Shown in pieces: positions 50,490-61,395 of a DNA stretch of 64,000 nt; position 1 is the stretch's first letter; each line of letters opens with the position of its first letter. The stretch is taken from NCBI GenBank assembly GCA_002269645.1, contig NIVC01000746.1, forward strand, positions 186,001-250,000, in the 5' to 3' direction. The translations under genes and the position numbers were made by a program. This DNA is from Macrostomum lignano. Its lineage: Eukaryota. The notes under the pieces are model-generated. The model was not told the origin of the DNA and did not search any database. It saw only the letters and a program-made list of their open reading frames with translations.

Positions 50490-53400
50490 GTGGTAGCAGT
50501 CTCTTCGCGGCGACCCGGACCCATCTATTCGATGGGACACGACTGCTACCCGTACAGGCCCCACACCGGTCTCGGACCCGGCCCGTCAGTGGTGGCCGTG
50601 GAGTGCCTCTTTCCAACCTCAGCCAGTGTCTGCCATTGTCAACACCTGCAGCTGGCGCCTCAGCCGCTCCAGGGACATAGAAAGCAACCCCGGCCCCGGC
50701 CCTGCCGCCACCTCTGCCCGCTGCGCCCACTGCGCGCGGGCTTTGCGCTCCGGGGCCTCCGGTCTGACTTGCGCCGCCCCTCACTGCAATAACAGCTGCC
50801 ACCGTCAACCCTCCTGCAGCGGAATCCGCCGTGCTTAGTCGTCTGCCACCTGGTTCTGCCACCTGCACCGGACCACCGTCGAACCTCCGCTCTCGGCCGA
50901 ACCTACTGGGAGCTGCTAGTGCACTTCCTGCTCCCATTGCGGCGGCCAACTCCGCAGGGGGGCCCGCCACCTTCACTGTGCACATGACGGCTGCAACGCG
51001 GCCTGTCATTGCGCTTGCAGAGGGTCCTCGTGGTACCGGCGCAACGCTTCTTGGCGGTGCCCGTCTCACAAGCCGGCGGCCGCGACCCGGACCTTCTTCA
51101 CGGACCGCCCGCGGCCCGTCTCGACGGCCGCCCCTGCCGCCCCCCCCCCCCGACCAACTGCTGTCTTTGTCACAAACGCATTCGGTCCAACACCGTGTCC
51201 CTCCGCTGTGTCACCTGCAGTCGTACCGCCCAAAAAAGCCTGCGCTGGGCTCCATCGGATCAAAGCCAACGACCCTGAGGCTCAGAATTGGCATTGCAAA
51301 AGCTGCGCGGGTCCCGCGGCCCCTCCTGCTACGGCCCCGGCTACCCCAGCCGCCCCGCCGCCCAGCAGCCCCTTTGGACAACTCCGCATCCTTCAATGGA
51401 ACGCGGACGGTATTCGGACTAAATTTCTCGAACTCGGCGCAGCGCTGGCCAACCTGGACATTGACGTAGCTGTCATCCAAGAAACTAAACTCCGGCCTGA
51501 GGACAACTTCAAACCACCGCATGGCTTCGCCGCGTCCGCCTGGACCGCACCGATGGGCGGGGCCGGTAGGGGCCTCCTTACGCTAATTAACCACCGGATA
51601 CCTTTCTCGTCCCCGCAGCTCGACGGCGCTAGCAACGCCCTGGAAGTCCAGTCGGTCGTTTTCCACACTGGCGGCGCAGCGGGCTTTTCATCGTTAACCT
51701 CTACGCCCCGCTGACCAGGGACCACGGTGAGCAGGCTGCCGCCGACGAGCCAGCGCCCACCTGGCGGTTGCTGACAGCGGGCGAACGGACGCTGATCTGC
51801 GGCGACTTCAGCGCCCTCTCCCCCCTGTGGGACCCCGTGCAGCCATCTGACGCCCGGGGCGAAGCCCTCGAAGAGTGGCTTCTGCACAACAACATGACCA
51901 CCTGCAACGACGGCGTGGCGACCCACGTCAACCGCAACACCGGCGGGCTCAGCTCCTAGGACGTGACCATTGCTCATCCTCGGATGACCAACTGCGCCAA
52001 CTGGTCAGTCGGGGAGGACCTCGGCTCCGATCATCTGCCTATCGTGGTCCAGCTGCAGCTGTCTGGTCGCCCGCCGGATGTGGCCCCCTCAACCGCCTCC
52101 GCTGGCGCACCAAGCGCCAGGACGCGGACTAGACAGCCTTTGCGACAGCGCTGGACGAATCCCTGGCCACGGAGGTGCTCGAGGGCTCTCTGCACACCAA
52201 GGTCGTCCACCTTCAATCCGCCATCACGTCGACGGCATCAGTGTGCATCAGAAAGTCCATTAATAAACACAGCAGCAAGCCGTGGATGAACCCGACGCTT
52301 CGCGCTGCTATTGTTGTGCCGTAGTGTACTTTCGCTGCTTAGCGATCTCAGGCTTGCAGTTGATTGGCGCACTGGGGCACTGCACTTTCCCCTCCTCAGT
52401 TGTTTATGCACCACCCAACCCAGTCTGTCTGAGCCAGCCGGCTTTGGCTGGCTGCGCCACCCCTCTCAGCGCGTTCCCCCACAAGTTTTCCGTCTCTTGC
52501 GCAGCTGCTGATTGGTACGGGTCGCCTCTCTCACGCGCCGGCCAATCAGCAGCTCTCTCGCTGTAATGTGCTAAGCTGGTTGTGTGGCTGGTCGGGTGGG
52601 CGCGGGGGGCGATACCTCGCGGCCTAGCCGACCAATCCAAATATATATTTAGTGCGGTGTAGCGGCGGTGAGGGACCGACTGTGGCTATTACCTTCCAAC
52701 TCAACTCAGCTCTGAGATTCCACTGCCCATATCGATTAGAACCGAGACGCCCCTACGGGTACACAATGTCTGAGAATCCGCGCTACCGGCTAGTCCTTCG
52801 CCGCCGCTCCCACCGTGTCCGTTCCTCAGTAAGAACTTGAGTCTCGTTGTGTTGTTCATTGTTCGGTACGGGACATACTGTATCGGGTACTGCCGTAGGG
52901 ACGAGCTGCTGGCTAGGAACGAGAAGCGATAGTACGCACCGCCCGACACCGGCAGCTCGGTCAGAGTGTCGGGCGCCATCACTGGCTCGCCACCCTGAAG
53001 GGGTACTTGTACTCTGGTAATAGTCTTAGGAGGCCGTAGCTGCTCGAGGATCACGAGCCGCCCCCCGGAGATTTCGCATTTCACAACACTATCAAGCTCC
53101 GCAACCGCCTTCGCATCACTGGCCCCTCCAAACGCACGGAGTGGATCGCCGCTAGCCAGGAAGCTAGCCGCCTCTCTCGGGAAGCCAAAGAGCAGTTCTG
53201 GGCTGACTTCCTCGAAAAACTCGAAGCGAGCCCTGATCTCCAGAAGAACTGGAGGGTTATCCGCTCCCTGAGCAGTAGCAACGGCACCGCTGTCCCCATT
53301 GCTGCCCTCTCCGTCAACAGTAAACTGGTCGTCAAGAATGCTGCCAAAGCCAACCACTTCATGCAGCACTACAGCGCAGTCAACCGGTTGTCTTTCTCTG

Positions 53401-55600
53401 CCACCGATCGCCGGATTAACCGTCAAGCCCGCAAACTCCTCGGCAGGGCCGTTGCGTCTGCCCCACCGGAGTCCCCCATCTCCGAGGCGGAGCTGGACTC
53501 TGCGATCACTCGGCTCCGCGGCCGTAAGCCGCCGGCCCCGACGACATCCCGCCGAGTTTCATCAAGACGCTTGGGCCCCCGTGCCCGGGAAAACTTGCTG
53601 TACATTGTTATGAGTCCCTGCTGACTGGCGTGGTCCCGGCCCCGTGGAGGAAGGCCACTATCACCCCCATGCTCAAACAGGGCAAGCCTGACAGCCGCAT
53701 CGATAGTTTCCGGCCTGTCAGGCTGACGTCCTGTATCGTCAAGACGCCGGAGCGTATCACTTTCTGCCGGCTCTACGACCTCGCCGAGGCCCGCGGCTGG
53801 ATCAGCTGTTGGCATTCCGGCTTCCGGCGCATGCGTTCCTGCGATGATGCCATTCTTGAACTGACCCAAGCGATCAGCGACTGCTTTCAAGCCAAGCCAC
53901 ACCCGGACGCTGCTTGCTCTTTTGGATTACAGCAGAGCCTACGACCAGGCGTGGTGGCAGATGCTCATCCTGATCATGCTGGAGCTCGGCGGTCCGCCCC
54001 GGCTGACACGGTGGTGCTTTGCTTTCCTGAACGACCGCTAAGCGTCAGCCTGCATCAACGGCGCCCTGAGCAACCCGCGGCCGTTTCGTCAGGGCCTGCC
54101 CCAGGGCTCGGTGCTTCCGCCCTTTCTCTTCCTGCTGCTCATCAACGGTGTGGTTCGGGTGTGCCCGCCTGGAGTCACCCCGTCCCTCTCGCCATCCGGG
54201 TCCAGAACAGCTCTGTGGCAGCGGCAACTAGATCTCTCCAGGAGGGCCTCGACGCGGTGGCCAGCTGGAGCCGCCAGATGAAGTTGACTCTGAACCCTTC
54301 GAAGAGCGTCACCGCTCTGTTCACCAATCACACTAGCGAAGCTGGCCTCCAGCCCCAGATCCTGCTCGAGGGCACGCCCCTGGCGGTGGACCCCAACCCA
54401 CGCTTTCTCGAAGTCATCCTCGACAGGACGCTGAGCTTCGGCCCCCACGTTCGCGATGTCATCACCAAGACTCGTGCCCGCTGCAACGTGCTGGCCGCTC
54501 TCGCCAACCAGGACTGGGGCTGGCGCAAGGCGAAGCTCCGGACCGTCTTCAATGCGCTCATCAAATCTGTAATGGACTACGCCGCGCCGGCCTGGCAGCC
54601 GTGGATCAGTGAATCGCACCGCCATGAGCTCAAGCGCACCCAGAACCGCGCCCTCCGCCGCATCACTGGCCAACTGCAGACCACGCCAGTTGAGGCTCTT
54701 CGGCTCGAGGCCGGTGTCGTCAGCTACAGCATGCACGCTATTCGCCTTCCTGTGTGGTCATGGGAAAAAGCGCTCCGGCTGCCCGACGACCACCGCCTCG
54801 TCCGCCCCAGCTGGCGGCTCGCAGCTTCGCAGCTCATCGAAGTCCTGACGTCCAACCTCGATAACCGCCAGCCTTTTTTCCCGCCGAGCGCTCCTACTCC
54901 CTCCCAGCCTCCCCGATGCCTCCGCAGATTCTGCCGCATCCTCCCGACGTCCGCCACGCCTGCCGAACCCGACCTCTTCCGCAGCGCCGCTATCGACCGC
55001 ATCCGGGAGTTCGCCGCTTCGCTGGCCCCACCGGCCTGGACTATTTATACCGACGGCTCCGCGACCGTTGGTATAAACAGTCCAGGCCGGTAAACAGACT
55101 ATAAACAGACCCATGCCGAGGCTCGCTGCGGCGCGTCCATCATGTCCAGCTTTGACGAGAAGGTCGCCGCCCTGTCCGCCGCCCTGGAGTGGGTGCAAAC
55201 CGGAGCCAGCGCCAGCACCCCCCCACCGTCTTTGGTCATCTGCTCTGACAGCCGCAGTCTGATCGATGCGCTCGCTGCCAACAACCGCGGTATCGGCCAC
55301 GTCCTGCAGGTGCTGGCCCTCACGAACGCGGAAATCATCGTCCAATGGGTGCCCGGTCATTGCGGCATCCCCAGCAACGAACACGCCGACCGCCTAGCCA
55401 AAGCGGGCTGTGCCCTGCCGTCTCCTGTTGCCCCCGTCGCGTTTCGCGCCGCCGCCGCTGTCTGCCGGAGAGTCCTCTGCGACCCTCCGGCGGCCCATGA
55501 GCGCATCCGGGAGGCCTACCGTTTTGTCTCAGCAGCCCGTGACCGCGAGGCTATCACCTCGCGTGCTGACCGGAAACTGCTCGCCCAGTTCCGCGCCTGC
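50490..55600 (+). mobile_element. Degenerate non-LTR retrotransposon, I group (Ingi-like): 2A-like motif, 2 PHD-like fingers, APE, RT, RNase H
   Basis: DIESNPGP (50674-50697); CAHC..C..C..CH and CCLC..CVTC..WHCKSC; LQWNADG..IQETKL..GDF..SDHLPI; WRKATITPMLKQGK..FRPVRLTS; PQGSVL; YTDGS..SDSRS..WVPGHCGIPSNEHADRLAK. There are many frameshifts and stops, and the 3' end is truncated. The 5' boundary is approximate. Confidence 0.9.
52312..53088. mobile_element. Solo LTR inserted in the LINE
   Basis: TGTTGTG...CACAACA termini with a 4-bp TSD CTAT. Removing it restores LRAAIKLRNRLR in the LINE frame. Confidence 0.78.
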
Positions 55601-57112
55601 TAGGTGGATCGGCACCTTTGAAGGTGCGTGGCAGACCGGGCAGGCGCTGTCGGTGAGGTGGATGTCGACAGGCGGCCCGGTGAAGCAGCCGATGCCGCTG
55701 AACACGCTGGCATGCTTGCGCAGCACCCCGCCGATGTCCTCTACGTGTTCTTGAGGTACTCCGCTCCGCTGGATCTCGCGCCGCTGAGGAGGGTGTCGAC
55801 CGCCGCCCGCCTCCGCTTCAGCGACCTGCAGCACCTGCTGGCCGACAGTCGGAGGTGGTCCGACACGCAGGATGTCCATCTGAGTGGCTGTCTGCTTGCC
55901 GATGATGGTGATGCCTCTCCCTTCGACAACGTGGAACGTGGCGACTGCCTGCCGGCCGAAAATGCGGACGGCCATCGCCGCCTTGCCCAACAGATGCATC
56001 GGCCGGTCTGACCCGTACGCGAACAGCCTGTCCGATGTGGTCTGCAGGTGCGGCCGCTGTCTCAGACTCTCGAACGTGGCCCTTTTGATCACATTTCGAG
56101 CCGCGCCGCTGTCAATCAACACAGAGAGTCTGGAGCCGTTGATCTCGGCTACTGTTTGGGCCGACTACTCAGCCTGGTCGACCTCGAACACGCCGGAGTC
56201 CGGGTCATCCACCTTCTGGTAGCTGGTCTCGCCTTGCAGCGTTGCGACGGCATTGGCGCCGCTCTGCGGGGCGTCCTGCCTGGACCTGCAGGCTCGTGCG
56301 AAGTGGCCCGGCTTCTTTCGCCCTCGCCTTTTTGAGCACATCTGCCAGGGAGATGCTTTTGGTCTGCAAGAAGTCTCTCCTAAGTCTCTCGGACTCGCAG
56401 TAGGCAACGATTTTGTCTCGGATCAGCGAGTCTCTGAGGTTCCCAAACTCACACGGCTCCGCCGCCCTGCGCAGACGCTGATACCACTGGTCGATCGGCT
56501 CGCCAGGCTGCTGTCTGCAGGTCTCGAACTTGAAACGCAGAAACACAATGTATTTCGCGAGGCTGTTGTGGTCCTCTCCAGAGACAATCTCGTTCTCTTC
56601 GGCAACAGCCTGCAGCTCCACTCCTGCGGCGTACAGTAGCAGCTGCTGCCCTCGAATCTTGTCGGTAATTCCCGCTGCATAGATGCAAGTGGCGAAGCGA
56701 CGAGTCCATGCAGTCTAGCGCTGTGCAGTGGAGTGGCAATCGCTATCGATTATAAACGGGCCGGGTTGCGTGAGTGTGATTTGCTGAGTCATGATTTTAA
56801 GGGTTCGGTTCTTGCGACGCCATTGTAGTAACTGAGACAGAGGCCGTGTTTGCTGCGTAGCCGAAACTCTTACACTCTCGCCACGCTGGGCTGGAAGGCC
56901 GGGGAGTTGTCCGGTCGCTTCTGGTGTTGAGCCAGCCTTGAGGGTTCTATTGGCCTACTGCCCGGTCAAGTGGAGTGGCCGGGTGGATACCGCGCCCATT
57001 CGAGGGTAGCCCACCAACCTTTATCATGGTCCGCGTCGTGCAGGACCTGTTCCATCTGGCGTCAAGAAACGCTTTGGTCTGAAGGTGCGATTGGTGGTGA
57101 TAGTCCACAACA
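55601..57112 (-). mobile_element. Truncated Ty3/Gypsy LTR retrotransposon (5' LTR, PBS, gag, protease, start of RT)
   Basis: Gag-like RFKFETCRQQPGEPIDQWYQRLRR..CEF; GHFARAC knuckle remnant; protease LIDSGA; RT start GIGCF..VDIHL..KVPIH. A PBS-like TGGCGTCG follows ...ACTACA at 56824. The far LTR end near 57112 is tentative. Confidence 0.82.
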
Positions 57113-57621
57113 ACTGGTGAGTTTTTTGGGGTGTCGGTGTGGAGTTGTGCGGAAAGACCAATGGCGTGATTGTCCACTTTGATTGAGCTGATCTGTTACG
57201 ACCCATTAATTGACTCACTTTGAACTTTGATATTTGTTTGAGTACTTTCCTGTGACTTATTCGTTTGCGTTATTCATTTGGATCGCTTGGTCGTTTCAAT
57301 AAATGTTTTTTATATCGGACCATAGACTTATAATTTGGTTCAACCAAAAGGGTTATACATGTGTTTATGGTATATTACAATTTAAATATTGTAAAATAGC
57401 TAAGTTGTTTCTTTTGCAGAGGCGAGCAGGGCATTGGACGTAAGTGTCCCCGAGAGCACAGCTCCTGAGGCTTCTATGGTAATGCGAAAATGCTCACCTG
57501 GCTGAGCTGATAAGCGATTGGGATTGTTTGAAGTCTTGCATATATTGCCGCTGCTTAAGTCGTTGTTGTCTAATAATACAATCTGAGAAGAACTTTTAAA
57601 TTAATTCAACGCACACCGGAG

Positions 57622-58110
57622 ATGAAGTTCGTTTCGTCAGTCCTGTTGATTTGCTTCTGCAGTGCGATGATCTGCTCCGTCGAAGGATGTCCAAAAAGTA
57701 AGCACCCGGGATTTATCTAACCTGATCTATCTAACTTTTTCTGCATTGATTTGCACCTAAGCCGTTTCCATCCAACTTATTTTTCAGAGATTAAAACATT
57801 CTTCGCCGGTCCAGATAAAGTCGAAATAAAAGTAGAGTACAAGGGCTGCTTTCCTGGAAAGGCGCACCACACTGCCATGGAGTACCCGAACATTCGCATA
57901 GCACTCTGCAACGATCACTGCTATCCCACTGGCAGCAAGTACATGGGCCTCATCGGAAACAAGTGCTTCTGCGAGTCGTTCCTGGAGAATAGCGAGAAGA
58001 AGGACGACAACGAGTGCAGCGTACCGTGTCCCGGCGACGAGAAGGAGAAGTGCGGCGATGAGAAGGCGGAGCGATGGAGCGCCTACACCACTGGGCCCAA
58101 GTATCCGTGA
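57622..58110 (+). CDS. Small secreted single-WSC-domain protein, copy 3 (same protein as copy 2)
   Basis: Exons 57622-57697 and 57788-58110; coding sequence identical to 48637-49125. Confidence 0.92.
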
Positions 58111-59029
58111 GTTGCTTCTCACTTGAGGGAATTCCCTATGAAAACAAACTGAATGATGACCAAGTACAATCAGCTTTTTGCAAGCAGTGCCTATAGAGAT
58201 CTTCGTCACAATTTAGCATGCGAACATTTCTTTAACGGCCCGAAGAGGCAGATCTTTGCTTCTTTTTCGACGCCGGTACGCATTAGCTGAAATTCTGTTA
58301 AACAGAATTATGACTCAGTTAAACAAAGTTCTCAGTAAACCGCCTTAGTACATTTACGAGTATCGTAATAGCAAATAAAATATAATAAAAATGCGCGGAG
58401 AAGCAAAAGTACGAGCCGTTAATCTAATAAACGTAAATCTGCATTGACTTCTTAATTTATTTGAATTCAATTAACCAGTGCATTGCATGACTACTACCTG
58501 CATCAATCTGCTCAGCAATTATGAACAAGAACTATGAACAGAATTTCATTGCAATTTGGGTAGTTTTAATTTTAGCATGATTTAAAGTCCCCTGGACTGC
58601 TCCCTGCCTTGAAGTTTGATGCTCTTCAGGCCCTGTGGTGATGGGTAATTCTTAATTAAAAGCAGTTAACGATTTGTGCCGATCTGAATTCGAGCTGGCA
58701 ACTACGCCGGGTTGAGCAATGTCGGCTGTGCATGCTGAATGAGACTACGCTAAAGCTCTACTCTGTCAGTAAAAGCGTCTCCGGCGGCAGCTTTAGACTG
58801 TCTGACTCATTGACGAAGCTGCATAAGGAAAACAAATAAATTTCGATAATGGCGTCGGCAATCCTTCGGCTAAGGACCAGACAGATAATCCAGCTCATGA
58901 TCAGGGACGCTGTCCTCTCTCAAGGCTGCGAGGCAGTGCTATCTGATCAATGCTTACCTATATCATTCACATGTGCAAAGTTGTTACATTGTTGGATTTA
59001 TATTCAGTTGAAGCAAAAAGCGTGCTGAC

Positions 59030-59970
59030 CAAAGAGTATTGAGGTCGCCTAGTATAGAGTGCCAATAAGTATGAAAATCTAAAGCCGATTTTTAGAATCC
59101 ACCCACCCCCTCCGGTCACCTAGCTTTTTAGTCTATGGCACAAGTTGTGGCTAGAATGGTGTACAAAGCCGATGCTCAGAAATATACATAGAGTGCATGA
59201 GAAAAATACAAGTAGCTAATGTAGCTGGATGAATACCATGTGTGCTTAAAACGTCCTCAAGACTTTATTTCTGTATCTATACTGTAACCGTACGTACGAT
59301 GATTGCATTGTGTAAGGAGAAAAGAAGTTGAGCAGGATTCTTGCAGCAGAGTCGGAAAGACAAAAAGCATAAGTGATAAACAGGCAGAGCGAAAGAAAAC
59401 AGTACTACAGTGTATGAGCAAATGCAGGAAGTAATGTAGCAAACATGTCAAGTGAGAGAGGAGAGGAGTCATAGCCTCGATCGCCAGAAGAATATCTAAA
59501 AATTCATGAAGATTATTGTTCTGTGCAACCGATTCCGCACAGATAGACCATGAAGCTTGTCGCGACTAGCCTTTTCGATGTGTTTAGAACGCAGGAGGAA
59601 AAAGAATTCGGCAAAGAAGGAAATTAGCTGCGGTCCGTGGTTGTTGCTTAAACTGTTGCAGGTCAGTGAGTCAATGAGTTGCAAGTCCATTGCCAGAGCG
59701 AAAGAAGATTTATATTTACTGAGAACATTTTTAACGACGACGGCAACTGAGTCTGGTGACTGAGCGATGTTGTCTTGCTTATTTGATACATGCATTTTCT
59801 AAGTGTGAAATGTCTTATATTTCTGAGCATCGGCCTTGTACACCATTCTAGCCACAACTTGTGCCATAGACTAAAAAGCTTGGTGACCGGAGGTGGTGGG
59901 TGGATTCTAAAAATCGGCTTTAGATTTTCATCCTTATTGGCACTCTATACTAGGCGACCTCAATACTCTG
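59030..59970. mobile_element. Non-autonomous hAT-like DNA transposon
   Basis: About 157-bp TIRs (59030-59186 vs 59816-59970), CA...TG termini and an 8-bp TSD GTGCTGAC (59022-59029 and 59971-59978). Confidence 0.85.
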
Positions 59971-61395
59971 GTGCTGACCCTTTCTTTTTTGTTGAAATAA
60001 TTCCGACTCCTATATAGGATATCGATATTCTGTCAATTTACGGCAGATATACGAATAGCATATCAAGAGTTTTGACAGGCACTACATGTAATGTACATGT
60101 TGACGTAATTATAATTGCAGAAATGAATCAGTTCGAATTATAAACGAATCAACATGAATTGAGCGGTACTTAACCGGATGTGATTATAGACTGTACTTAT
60201 AGATAAAATAACCCAAATCTTTTCTGAAGCTGAAAGCATCCTAGTACATATCTGCCTCAGCTCTTTAATTAATCGGGATCAATAATTAGACTCATGCATT
60301 ACGACTAGACTTAATCGGTTTCAAACTTTTTGTTCTTAACAGTATATAAACAAAGTAAAATACTCATTACATACTTCTTTGACTCTATAACTATCATTAG
60401 GGACAAAATGTCTGTAGTTTGAGTAAAAACACAGCCAAGTGTTACAAACGACATATTTTTTTTAAAGTAAGTTCATTTGCAGTAGAAACATACAATCATC
60501 GCTAGTTCGAAATAAATGTCATTGTAAGATTTTTTACCCCGAGGTTCGACGACGTCGTTGTACAATCCACGACCACGGTCGTACGGTGTGTCATTCCGCT
60601 TTCCTTTTTATCAATACATGGGCTTTTACTGAGCTTTTTCCTAAGGTCTGCTGTGGGCCTCTAAAAAGAGTATAAAGGAAATAACTTAAAAAATATTTTT
60701 TTCTAGAGACTCGCTTGTTTGTATTATTAAATGTTTAAAGAGCTTCTTTCAGGTAAGACCAAAGCCTTCTTAGTCGTGTAACTTGACCATTGTGTAATGG
60801 ATTCCTTCATTCTATTAGTTTACTCTAAAGAAAAGTTTTATAGATAACATAGATTAATATATTAATCCTTTCAAAACAAGAGCGCTTGATTTTTTATGCT
60901 TTTTAATGTAATATACTGTTATATAGTTAATGCTTTATACACTTTCTTCACTTAGCAACTAACTTAGATTCTAAAAGTCTGTTTAAAATGCTATATTTGC
61001 AGTAAAAATATCCTTTTCTTGCCCTTTCAACAGTAATAGTGAAAAAAATTGTATTTCTGTTAGGGTTAGTCTAACAGCTTATACTAGCTGAAATAGAAAT
61101 GTTAAACCAATCTTAGCCATTATCTAGACCTTTAGTCTAATGTCTGAATTTTATTGTCTAAAATCTATCAAATATAATAAAAGGAATAAATATTTAAAAA
61201 AACTGTTGAATTTAATGCCTGTCATTTCGATTCGATTTTCAGCAAATTGATAAATTAACTTTTCAACTGGAATATTTAATCTGCTGAATAAAGCTGATTT
61301 CACTGATTAAAGTAACGACCAAAGCAAAAGCTTCTCATTTCAATTTATTTCAGAATAGATACAGGAAGTTAACATAGTAAAGAGACAATACAAAA

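Noticed and set aside
50540-50640. HDV-like ribozyme at the LINE 5' end
   Set aside because: One is expected for Ingi-like elements, but I could not build the double pseudoknot by eye. It is left as a computation to run.
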